Positions 22,989-33,357 of a stretch of DNA of 33,685 nucleotides are shown here, one piece after another. This stretch comes from Octopus bimaculoides (Eukaryota), in the NCBI RefSeq assembly GCF_001194135.2, contig NC_068982.1, positions 86,078,495 to 86,112,179 on the forward strand. The letters run 5' to 3'. The position numbers and the translations under genes are program-made. Each line of letters starts with the position of its first letter. Positions within the stretch are counted from its first letter, which is position 1. Under the pieces are notes generated by a model. That model was given only the letters and a program-made list of their open reading frames with translations. It was not told the origin of the DNA and did no database searches.

Positions 22989-23245
22989 ATATATATGTAT
23001 GTGTGTGTGTGTGTGTGTGCATGCATGTGTGTGTACATATGTTTGTGTCTGTGTTTGTCCCCCGATCATTGCTTGACAACCGATGTTGGTGTGTTTATGT
23101 CCCTGTAACTTAGCGGTTCAGCAAAAGAGCCTGATAGAATAAGTACTAGGCTTACAAAGAATAAATCCTGGGGTCGATGTATTCAACTAAAGGTGGTGCT
23201 CCAGCATGACCACAGTCAAATGACTGAAACAAATAAAAGAATAAC
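22947..23245 (+). mobile_element. (TA)n/(GT)n tract plus SINE family A 3' half
   Basis: TTGACAACCGATGTTGGTGTGTTTATGTCCC..GGTGCTCCAGCATG..TGACTGAAAC, matches 4760-4862 and 29651-29855; head probably in the gap. Confidence 0.85.
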
Positions 23246-23363
23246 CTTGAACACAAGATAATCATTTTGTTCAGTGTTGTGGTTACATCACTGAATATAT
23301 TTTTCAGGCAGAACAATATTTTTGTACCTCAGTTATCTTTATTTGGGGCACTGATCAACTTAC

Positions 23364-23425
23364 CCAACAGGCAGAGCAAGTTGAACCATTTGGCATTCAT
23401 TTTTTTCAAATCTTATGATGACTTT
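23364..23425 (-). other. Candidate 62-nt minus-strand exon (unconfirmed)
   Basis: CTAAC branch-like motif plus TTTCTATCCCCACGCAG acceptor; GG/GTAAGT donor; only the phase-0 frame is open (KVIIRFEKNECQMVQLALPVG); no recognised homology. Confidence 0.25.
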
Positions 23426-23589
23426 CTGCGTGGGGATAGAAAGTTAGAACGAGCTACAAATGTTTCCCAAAGATTAAATTTGAAGGTAAGATACTCATGT
23501 CTGCAAGATCATCAGTCATTTAAGTTATAATGTCATTCAAGTTCTAACTGGCTCAACTTGCTCCACTTTACCCTAATTTCTTACAAAGT

Positions 23590-25013
23590 TGTCTTTTTCT
23601 GAAGTCTTTGATTGTGTAATAAACACTGACAATGTGCAGAAAACAACCTTTGCCACACTCCAGGGAGAAAAACTAGAAATAGTTGATAGCTTCCGCTATC
23701 TAGGTGACCAAGTTTGTAGCAGGGGAGGGTGCACTGAAAGTGTAGCTGCTAGAATAAGAATAGCCTGGGCAAAGTTTAGAGAGCTCTTACCTCTGTTGGT
23801 GACAAAGGGTCTCTCACTCAGAGTAAAAGGCGGACTGTATGACACATGTATACGAACAGCCATGCTTCATGGCAGTGAAACATGGGCCGTGACTGCTGAG
23901 GACATGCGTAAGCTCACAAGAAACGAAGCCAGTATGCCCCAATGGATGTGTAATGTCAATGTGAATACCCGTCAGAGTGTAAGTGTAAGCGTAAGCTCAC
24001 AAGAAACGAAGCCAGTATGCCCCAATGGATGTGTAATGTCAGTGTGCATACTCGACAAAGTGTAAGTACCTTGAGAGAAAAGTTAGACCTAAGAAGCATC
24101 AGTTGTGGTGTGCAAGAGAGACAATTGCGCTGGTATGGACATGTGGCAAGAATGGATGAGGATAGCTGTGTGAAAAGGTGCCACACCCTAGCAGTTGAGG
24201 GAACCTGTGGAAGTGGGAGACTCAGGAAGATCTGGGATGAGGTGGTGAAGCACGACTTTCGAACTTTAGGCCCCAGCGAGGCAATGACCAGTGACCGGGA
24301 CCTTTGGAAATATGCAGTATGNNNNNNNNNNNNNNNNNNNNNNNNNNNNNNNNNNNNNNNNNNNNNNNNNNNNNNNNNNNNNNNNNNNNNNNNNNNNNNN
24401 NNNNNNNNNNNNNNNNNNNNNNNNNNNNNNNNNNNNNNNNNNNNNNNNNNNNNNNNNNNNNNNNNNNNNNNNNNNNNNNNNNNNNNNNNNNNNNNNNNNN
24501 NNNNNNNNNNNNNNNNNNNNNNNNNNNNNNNNNNNNNNNNNNNNNNNNNNNNNNNNNNNNNNNNNNNNNNNNNNNNNNNNNNNNNNNNNNNNNNNNNNNN
24601 NNNNNNNNNNNNNNNNNNNNNNNNNNNNNNNNNNNNNNNNNNNNNNNNNNNNNNNNNNNNNNNNNNNNNNNNNNNNNNNNNNNNNNNNNNNNNNNNNNNC
24701 GCCTTCTAGCACTTGTGCTGGTGGCATGTTAGAAAATCATTCGAGCGAGGTCGTTGCCAGTGCAGGTGGCACGTAAAAAACACCTTTTTGAGCGTGGCCG
24801 TTGCCAGTACCGTGTGACTGGCCCTCCTGCTGGTGGCATGTAAAAGCACCCACTACACTCTCGGAGTGGTTGGCGTTAGGAAGGGCATCCAGCTGTAGAA
24901 ACTCTGCCAGATCAGATTGGAGCCTGGTGCAGCCTTCTGGCTTGCCAGTCCTCAGTCAAATCATCCAACCCATGCTAGCATGGAAAGTGGGTGTTAAGCG
25001 ATGATGATGATGA
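23590..25013 (+). mobile_element. 5'-truncated young RTE-clade LINE with internal 83-bp tandem duplication; gap inside
   Basis: GEKLEIVDSFRYLGD..ARIRIAWAKFRELLPLL..LSLRVKGGLYDTCIRTAMLHGSETW; QLRWYGHVARM..GRLRKIWDEVV; 3' UTR and (GAT)n tail at 24701-25013. Confidence 0.92.
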
Positions 25014-25774
25014 ACAAAGGTAGTACCAAAAGTGCAAGGTGGTGTAAGTTAACACAGGTAATATTCTTAAAGTAGAACAGCTTTGAAAACTATTTATTGT
25101 AAAACATTAGTTATCTCTTGTTAAGATGTGAACAAACACACTCTAGAAAGAGTTAAAGCCATTTGAGAGAAAATTCTTATTTCTCTTTACCTTTCAATTA
25201 TGACTTATTTAAGTTATAGCAAATATATTGAAAAAATAATGTATAAGTAAATGCTTTAAACAATTTTTCACTATGGAATGAAATCTAAGACACTAATCTA
25301 ACAATAGTACTATTCTGTTATACTGCAACTACATTGGTAATATCTTAACAGATCTTAATATGCTTCAATACAGTACATTAACTACCATGTTGGACTGTGG
25401 GTTCTAAAATAATATGTTTTTTTTTTTCTCTTATTTCATTAGAAAGTGCCAAGGTGAGAAGGGGCTATAAAGAAGGAAAAATTAAGATGAAAGGAATGAA
25501 TTTACTTCAGACTTGAAAGCAACCAGATCATAGAATGGGGGAAAACAATGATATAGAAGAGAGTAACTACAAAAAAACAAATAAAATAAATATACATCAT
25601 AATTTGAAATATATATTTTTTAAATGTCTTATGAATAATGTAATATAAATGTTTCTATATCAGAGTCTTCAATTTCATTTCCCAGTACACTTGTCAATTA
25701 TCTTACAAATAGTAAAAAACATTTTGTGTGTAATAGATAATGTCTTCAATTTCATTCCATTATTACCATATAAA

Positions 25775-27480
25775 CCCTTTAGTGTTCAGATTAACCCGTC
25801 AAATGTAATGCTAATTTGCTCACATTATTTTGAGGTGTCCTCAATATTTACTTGTAACTTTGTTAATTTTTTATATACAGATTTGAAATTTTGTCAGAGG
25901 GTGCTTGTATACCAGTGGTTTATAGTTATGTAATATTAGCTGATCTTTCTGATTAAAATTGACTTTTATGGACAGGCAAATTTAATTAACAGGTGTAAAA
26001 GCAATAACATTATAGATAAATGCTAAAATTGAATTTCTTAATGCATCTTACCTGTTTGATTTGTTACTAAAATTATCCCAGATGTCAACCACCAACAATT
26101 TTGCCACTTTTCAAGATGAGGAAAATATACCATTGGCTATGTACTCTTATACAATTTAATGAATACATTTACATAACAGAATGCATCTAATAAAAAAAAA
26201 GCTCATTAACAGGTGAGACAAAGGTGAACACAGGTGTGTAACATACTGAAAATTAATATGTATTTCTCACTTTTAGATATATTTGTAATAAAATGAAAGG
26301 AATATATAATCGTATTACTATCAAATATCAAAATATAGTTATGCCATGTTTCTATCATGAACTGTCCAAAGCACCCATTACACAAGGGCACTTTGCAAAA
26401 CAAACACATATATGAGATCTGGACCTGATATCCTTCTGCAGTTTTTCTTTTTTGCAGCAAACACAGTCTGCAAATTTTTTTCCTTCCATTTATTTTTTCC
26501 ACTTTATGGAAGTTAATATTTCCTCTGTTGACATCCACCTCAGTTAATTTTGCTTTTCTCCCAGTTCTGTGCTTTCTGGAAGAAAAACCCTCATGTAACT
26601 GAGATGCGATGTCAACCCGAAATTTCAAATGGTCATAGTCCTTTGGTGGCAGAGGTACCGTGTGGCTTTTTACATAAACAATATATGAATTAACTATAGT
26701 TAGACATAATGCTGGAGATATATGGATCACCATACCTTATATCAAGACTCTAGTAGTTTTACAGTCGAGAAAGCTGCTTGATACCAAACATAATGTTTAC
26801 AATAAAAAAAGCTAGCATTTCCACACTATCAGTTGGCTGCCATAGTGGATCAGGTCTTCCATAAGTAGAAAGTATGTTGAGCATATCTATTTGTTTCTTC
26901 CACGACAGTTTCAAAAACTTTTCAGTAAAAATAAAAATAAATAGTCCAATGGTTGAGCATTGGGAGGTAGACTGTGTTGTGAACTAGTCCTTTCTGTGAA
27001 ATCAGGAATTGTGGTTGATTTAGTAATCTCCAACCATGTTGCCATAATGTTTTCAATATCATTTTCATTACTTTCATTATCAAAATCCTCATTCAACAAA
27101 AATTCATAAATATCAATATTATATTTGTCCAAAGGCAAATCACTGTTGTTTTCATTTATATTTTGTGCATCATCAAGAGTAAAACCTTCAAAGTTGGAAG
27201 AGTTACTTGCTGACACCATATTGTTAAAAACTAAGATATACACTTCTATTCAAATATTGAAAAAACCAAGAAGTCTCAAAAATTTTGCAGTATTTTTACT
27301 TGAATAAAGGCAGGAAAGGCTTTATCTTGCATTATCTCAAAGCTATGAAAATTCAATAACGTGATTTGTTTATTTTTGTAGTGATTTCATAGAGGAGTCA
27401 GATACAGCCGGATTTGACCAGTTCAAACAAATAAAGGGGAATTATTTCAGCCAGTTTTGGTTGGTCTGAACACTAAAGGG
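25775..27480 (-). mobile_element. Internally deleted piggyBac transposon (1706 bp) with both TIRs
   Basis: 16-bp TIRs CCCTTTAGTGTTCAGA (25775-90) / TCTGAACACTAAAGGG (27465-80); flanks TAAA and TTAA; N-terminal NFEGF..IPDFT..PLDYLFLF..ETVVEETNRYA; C-terminal Cys-rich GRKKICRLC..YMCLFCKVPLCNGCF; catalytic core missing. Confidence 0.88.
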
Positions 27481-27767
27481 TTAAACACAGAAATGTGGGC
27501 AAAATTAAACTATAGCTGGTAGCTTTAGTGTACAGTTGATAAGATTTCATAGCAAAATTCATTCAGGAGCATCAAGTGATACTTGGAACTAGGAAAAGAG
27601 CATTGAATGAAAGTGAACAAAGGTATTTGTTAACAGTGAATTGGTAGCAATGAAGAGAAGGAGGAGAGGGAGAAGAGGATGACAATGCTACCATTTTTTT
27701 ATGCAACTATTGATGTTTATGATGATGATTAAATACGATACAGACACATTCATGTAGATTAACTTAC

Positions 27768-27908
27768 CTCAGATGCTTCTCTTAAGCTTTTTAATTCTTT
27801 TTCTACATTGTCTTCAGCTAAATCCCTGGAATTCTTTTGTATTTGTAATCGCTGACTAAGTGTTTGTTTGTCTGTTTTGAAAGCTAATGATAAACTAAGA
27901 AATTTATT
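27768..27908 (-). CDS. IRAG2/LRMP-like: Internal coding exon of an IRAG/MRVI1/LRMP (Jaw1)-family coiled-coil protein
   Basis: Acceptor CTTTATTTTATTTTTTATTTTCAG, donor GAG/GTAAGT, 141 nt, phase 0-0, open: NKFLSLSLAFKTDKQTLSQRLQIQKNSRDLAEDNVEKELKSLREASE. Matches the family motif as I recall it (LRMP FLRLSLGFK.D..TLEKR..RSRDLAEENLKKE; MRVI1 FVQLSLAFR.D..TLESR..RNLTEENTEKE). Orthology to IRAG1 vs IRAG2 is not resolved. Confidence 0.85.
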
Positions 27909-27984
27909 CTGAAAATAAAAAATAAAATAAAGATTAATTGCAATGTTAAATAAATAATAATTTTTACAATATAAATTATTTCTA

Positions 27985-28100
27985 ACTTAAGCACAGGGCC
28001 AATGATTTTAAAATTTTAAAGGGAGGCAGTTGTTGATACTATTAACCCTAGTACTACACTGATACAATACTTTGTTAAAAATAGAGTCAAATTTTGCTAA
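27985..28100 (-). mobile_element. Degenerate fragment of tRNA-derived SINE family B (3' part)
   Basis: GCACAGGGCC..AAATTTT..GGGAGG..GTTGATACTATTAACCCTAGTAC resembles the 3' region of the SINE at 32526-32689. Confidence 0.4.
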
Positions 28101-28379
28101 TAACCTTTCAAGATGACATGTTTAACAACTTCTATATCTGAGTACTTGATCTTCTGATCAGAATAAATTTTCAAGTTAGATTTTACTCTATTATCATTAC
28201 TTGTCTGCCTCCAATTTTTTCCCAGAAATTTCATGATGTGTAAGTTCACTAGTCAAGAAACAATATAAGAATAGAGCAGAAGGTGTATCTTTGTTCAAAG
28301 TTGGGGAGTGTAATAGAGATTTTCAAATTTCTCTCTTCCATTATTTACCTTCTTGAACTAATAACTTGATTATTTTTCC

Positions 28380-29080
28380 AATGATTACTTTGACCTTTCT
28401 ACTGGAGCAACTGTCTAGAGATAGTTTAGCTGATTGTAATAACAGAGCCTTCATACAAAACAGGTTGTTGTACAGGAGGCGAATATGGAAAGGATTGGTT
28501 CAATTAGGCAATGAACGATTAGATTTGATGAGCATTGAAACTAATTCTAGAATAAAGGTTATGTTTAGAAGAGAGAAAGAAGTCAAGAGTATTTGGAGAA
28601 TTAGTGCATGGATCAAGAATAAGTGTTGCAGACTGTTCAGTTATGTTAGTGCAAGAGGATAGAGGGAACCAAGATGTGTATGTATTAAGGGTGAAGATTT
28701 AGAGAGGAGTGAAGTGAGACAGAAGTTGTCAATAACAGATGAGAGAAAGACAAACATCTGGGTAGTTTAGAGAATAATTTAGAGAGTGTAAGAGACAGCA
28801 AATGAGCTTATGAAAAATGAAGAGTTTAAAGTTTGAAACCATTCTTATTGATATCTAGATGAATGAAACAAGTGATAGGAAAAGTGAATTCTGTGTAAGT
28901 ACAGCATCTGTCTTTGTTACTGTAGATACAATATCAAACAAATTAGAATACAGACATTAGTTTGGATAGCAAAAGTGAGTTAGAGACTGGAAATGGATTT
29001 TGTGTTGGTATTAGGTGGTGAAAGTAGTTAATTTTGAAATAAAGTCCACAGACATTAGTGATATTAGTGGAGAACAGTGA
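28380..29080 (-). mobile_element. Highly degenerate APE-endonuclease region of a CR1/L2/Jockey-group LINE
   Basis: Minus-strand remnants TNVCGL (N-terminal NxxGL motif) and PNTLDFFLSSKHNLYS (LDL motif); strong strand purine skew. Confidence 0.5.
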
Positions 29081-29333
29081 AATAATTTCTCTTTATTGGA
29101 AAACTTGATTTAGCCTTTGATAGATATTTTGTTTTTATATCTAAAAAACTTGTCTTCTTTTGTTTATAATTGCCTGCATTAGCTAGAGCACTATTTACAG
29201 ATCTTATTTGTAACTTGCAGTAAGTTGGTTCTTATCTTTCTTAAACTATTTCTTAACTATTCAGTCTCATAATTCCTATAAAAATATCCTCCAGTAATAG
29301 GCTTAACAAAGGCATTTCAAAATTTCTCTACAT

Positions 29334-29855
29334 AGGCACAGATGTTGCTGTGTGGTAAAAAGCTTGCTTCCCAACCACAGGCTGTTGCTCTTATGATCAG
29401 TAGATCATGGGTTCAATTCTCAGACCAGGCAGGGTGTTGTGTTCTTCAGCAAAACACTCCATTTCACATTGCTCTAGTCTCCCTTCCCATCAGGTTTTGG
29501 TGGGGGAATGTTGGCCTGCTTGCCTCGCCAGCAAGGTGGCATCACTCGAAGGCTAAAGCAATGCAAAAGTGCATTGTGACCAATGATATGTAACAACATC
29601 TGATAGTCTGGTCAGTTACATGATGTGTGTGTGTGTGTGTGTGTGTGTGTTTGTCTGCCTATCACCACTTGACAACTGGTGTTGGCGTGTTTATGTCCAT
29701 TTAACTTAATGGTTCAGTAAAAGAGGCCAATAGAATAAGTACTACGCTTAAAAAATAAGTCTTGGGGGTCAATTTGTTTGACTAAAACCTTTCAAGGTAG
29801 TGCTCCAGCATGTGCACAGTCAAATGACTGAAACAAGTAAAATAATAAAAGAATT
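29334..29855 (+). mobile_element. Composite SINE: family A head, a different SINE body, (GT)n, family A tail
   Basis: 29334-29379 matches the family A head; 29380-29623 is unrelated and has its own B-box-like GGTTCAATTCTC (29410-21); 29651-29855 matches the family A tail. Confidence 0.7.
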
Positions 29856-30086
29856 TCATTAGTGTATTAAGAACTTCTATAATTTCTTTCATTTCTTTGA
29901 ATCAAAATTTAATTAATATTGATTTATATTAGATTAAGATTTCTACCACAAGGTCAGTTTTATATTCATCATCTTACTTCCAGTTGATCTCTTATTTCTA
30001 AGTTTTTGACCTACTTTTACATAATCAAAGCCTCCATGTATATTTGAGTACCCAACCTAATGTGAAACATTAAAACCTCTCATGCA

Positions 30087-30657
30087 AAACACGTTAGTGA
30101 GTTTGTCTATCTTGGAAGCCAGATCAGCAAATCAGGTGGATCAGACAAGGACATCACTGCAAGAAGCAAGAAGGCTTGGCAAGCCTTCGCTATTCTTCGG
30201 TCGGTATAGAAGTCCACTGTTATTTCAACTCAAACTAAACTCCACTTATTTAGTTCAAACATAAAATCCATGCTTTTGTATGGCTCTGAAACATGGAGAG
30301 CCACCTACAAGAAGATCCAGACCTTCATCAACAAATGTCTCCGGCAGATCCTCCATCTGAAATGGTTGGACAGAGTGCCAAACACCGACCTGTAGGAAAG
30401 GGCCAACCAGGAGCCCATACATGTTCAGATTAGACAAAGGAAAGGGAGATGGATCGGACACACGCTGCGGAAAGAACCCTCAAACGTGACACAACAAGCA
30501 CTTGACTGGAACCCGCAGGGGAAAAGGAAACGAGGATGTCCGAAGCAGACATGGAAGCAGAGCATTTTGGACAAGCTCAGGACCACCGGCCTGACATGGG
30601 AAGCAGCCAAGAAACATGCCAATGACCACAAAAAGGATTAAGAAGAGAAGAAGAAGA
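30087..30657 (+). mobile_element. 3' fragment of a third RTE-clade LINE (BovB/SR2-like)
   Basis: Single frame FVYLGSQI..LLYGSETW..QTFINKCLRQIL..RWIGHTLRK..ALDWNPQGKRKRGCPKQTW with two TAG stops (30207, 30393); ends in a (GAA)n tail. Confidence 0.9.
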
Positions 30658-31496
30658 TGCAAAACACCTGTAATTCTTCATGAGTTGGTCTTCATGAGAC
30701 TTCCAGAGAATATGCACTAATTGTTAAATACATATGGAAACCATAATTAATTTTTTAAAAAAGTAATATTTTACTTCAAATATATAAATTATAATTTTTA
30801 AACATATTTCTACTTTCATTAACATTAATTATTATCTAATTAGAAATTTTACTGATTATTTCTATAACAAACATCAATCACCATTAGTATCAGAGGCTAA
30901 TGAAATGGGGCACTCATCAAATATCTCTTCATCCTCTGAAAGAATTGCCTGGAGGATTTGTAATGGTGAGAAAGAAATGGAGATGATTATGTGTTTCTGT
31001 TTCTACTCTTGCTATCTGGTGACTGCTCGAGGTCTCTGTTGCTACCCTTTTCTGGTTTTCAATTTTCCTTTCCTGTATAAGAACTCAAATGGTTTTCACT
31101 TTCAAACATATAGCAACTGAACTTTCTACTCTTCTCTACCAGATTAAATAGGTTCTGGGAATCAACAGTGCCTTGAAGCCCATACAAACTCCATCTAACA
31201 TGTTGTTATAGATCACTTATGCACAGCACCACCTCCTGCCTGTGTACTGTTCTGTAAAGGTAACATGAAGTTCAACATTTCACATCAGTACCAATATCTC
31301 TGGCCATGACTCTTATATTTTTCATGCCTACATACTGTGACACAAGCTTCGAGACAGGCACACAGTGCACAAACCTTGCCTTATCCTAGTCTTATACACT
31401 AGACATATGTTTTCATACACCTTGCCCCAGTCAAGAGAGTACATATTTTGTTGCACATCAGCTAGATCACCCTATAACTGTGTTAACTAATTAAAT

Positions 31497-31590
31497 AACT
31501 CCCAGTGCTTGAGTGGCACTTTATTTACCCTAGAGAGATGGAAAATAAAATTATTTTGGAAGGACCTGAATTCAAAATGTGCAGCTCCCA
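31497..31590 (-). mobile_element. Degenerate SINE family B fragment
   Basis: CCCAGTGCTTGAGTGGCACTTTATTTACCC..GGACCTGAATTCAAAATGT resembles the B-box-proximal part of 32526-32689. Confidence 0.45.
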
Positions 31591-31899
31591 AGTTAGAGAC
31601 TAACTGAAGCACAAATTCAGCTCTGAGACAGGATATTACTGCTCAAGAATTAATATTTTATAACTACATGTGAAAATACTAACATGTTATAAACTTATCT
31701 GTATTCAACCTACCTTGGCAGGTGAAAGTGACATGACAAGAGGTAAAAGTGAAGAACAATATATACAAAAATATCAGCAGATCTCTTCCAAATTCATGCA
31801 AAAGTTATATTTTTATGATTTTCACACTGTACTAACTTCATTTCGTCAAAATCTCTAGTTTTTAACAGAACGGAGTGGTGAGATTAATATAGACAAAGC

Positions 31900-32500
31900 A
31901 CTTAAGGTCTTTAAGTGTTAATCAGAACCCACCCAAAGTGAAACATTTTCCCAACACATTCTACAATGTGCCACATAAGACAGAGTTTGTTGGGAACAGA
32001 TCTGCTTGGGATTGCATGCACTTGTGCAATACTGATTATGATACTGACCACAAGTGTTGAATTTCTTGGCAAGCACCTTTGTCAAAATCTTTAATTCTGA
32101 GTTAGCAAAGTTATGTGCTAAAATTATCATACCTCCCTTTTTAAAGTCTTTCTTGAACATTATTACCATTCTTTAGTTCATACAACTAGGAATGTTTCTC
32201 AGTTTGCTACCAGTTGCAGTAGACAATAATGAAAAGGTCTGTTATTTAAAAAATACTAGTAGAAACAAATCATCCAGTCCTGGTGATTTTTCCCTCACAC
32301 AGCCACTCAAAGTATTCATTACTTCAGCTGCTGAAATTGGCTTTTCTTCAATCTGAGAGTTGCAGGAGAACCAATGAGGTAGGCATTAAAGTCCATCATT
32401 CCCAGTCTGTCATTTCTCATGAGCAATTCAGCAAAGTTCTGTGAAAATTCACACAACTGCTTGGGGAAAATACAGTTACTAAATTTATGAAAACAGTATA
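31900..32500 (-). mobile_element. Degenerate RT fragment of a second Tx1-like LINE
   Basis: DFNAYLIGSP, KSPGLD, NSELKILTKVLAKK align to DFSTYLHSLP and NADLRILAKVLVKK of the element at 8929-12314. Confidence 0.75.
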
Positions 32501-32525
32501 AACTCATGTAACATCAATGTTTATG

Positions 32526-32689
32526 ATAATAACAATAATCCTTTCTATAATAGGTATAAGACCTGAAATTTTAGGGTTGATAAATGGTAAAGTTGACCTC
32601 CATGGAATCTGAACTCAAAACATAAAGACATATGAAATGCTGCTAAGCATTTTGTCTAGCATGCTAATGATTCTGCCAGCTCATTGCCT
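32526..32689 (-). mobile_element. tRNA-derived SINE family B (internally deleted)
   Basis: Minus strand AGGCAATGAGCTGGCAGAATCATTAGCATGC.. head with B-box-like GAGTTCAGATTCC. Confidence 0.7.
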
Positions 32690-33357
32690 TCATCATCATC
32701 ATCATTATCATCGTTTAACATCCGCTTTCCATGCTAGCATGGGTTGGACGATTTGACTGAGGACTGGTGAAACCAGATGGCTACACCAGGCTCCAATCTG
32801 ATTTGGCAGAGTTTCTACAGCTGGATGCCCTTCCTAACGCCAACCACTCCGAGAGTGTAGTGGGTGCTTGTACGTGCCACCAGCACGAAGGCCAGTCAGG
32901 CAGTACTGGCAACGGCCATGCTCAAAATGGTGTATTTTACATGCCACCTGCACAGGAGCCAGTCCAGCGGCACTGGCAACGATCTCACTTGAATGTCTTT
33001 ACNNNNNNNNNNAAGGAGACGACGTTGGCATGGGTGCCAGTCGTCGAATTTAGTTCGATTTCGATTTCACTTGCCTCAACAGGTCTTCGCAAGCGGAGTT
33101 TAGTGTCCAATGAAAGAAAGGTATGCATAAGTGCGCTGGCAACACCCCTGGCAGAGGCCTTGGATTTAGGTCTCACTCGGCTTGCTGGGTCTTCTCACGC
33201 ACAGCATATTTCCAAAGGTCTTGGTCAGAAGTCATCGCCTCGGTGAGGCCCAATGTTTGAAGGTCATGCCTCACGATCTCATCCCAGGTCTTCCTGGGCA
33301 TACCTCTTCCACAAGTTCCCTCAACTGCTAGGGTGTGACACTTTTTCACACAGCTAT
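32690..33357 (-). mobile_element. 5'-truncated young RTE-clade LINE
   Basis: Minus strand SCVKKCHTLAVEGTCGRG..RKTWDEIV..DLWKYAVREK..* matches 24160-24320; 3' UTR 206/207 identical to 41-247; (GAT)n tail. Confidence 0.92.

Noticed and set aside
2975-23520. Other CTGATGA strings (2975 plus strand; about 23513 minus strand) as hammerheads
   Set aside because: No properly spaced GAAA and no stems II/III.
4445-24776. Long ORFs in the track at 4445-5072, 13132-13594, 22294-23076 and 24017-24776
   Set aside because: They are open only because they cross N gaps and (TA)n/(GT)n repeats (YIYI, X runs); they are not genes.
27215-27768. CSB-PGBD3-style in-frame fusion of the IRAG exon to the piggyBac ORF
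   Set aside because: The host exon ends in phase 0, but every AG near the transposase start gives phase 1 or 2 entry, there is an upstream in-frame TGA, and the catalytic core is deleted.
29979-30011. Minus-strand 33-nt candidate upstream IRAG exon (VKNLEIRDQLE)
   Set aside because: Poor acceptor with no pyrimidine tract and no resemblance to the expected family sequence.
16462-30395. Repeated TGG-to-TAG stops in TE ORFs (16462, about 21678, 30207, 30393) as evidence of APOBEC-like hypermutation
   Set aside because: Ascertainment bias: Trp codons are the easiest to turn into stops by a transition. A consensus-based mutation spectrum would be needed.
31143-31259. Plus-strand exon candidate (pyrimidine-rich acceptor, AAG/GTAACA donor)
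   Set aside because: Stops in all three frames from both possible acceptors; antisense to the host gene.
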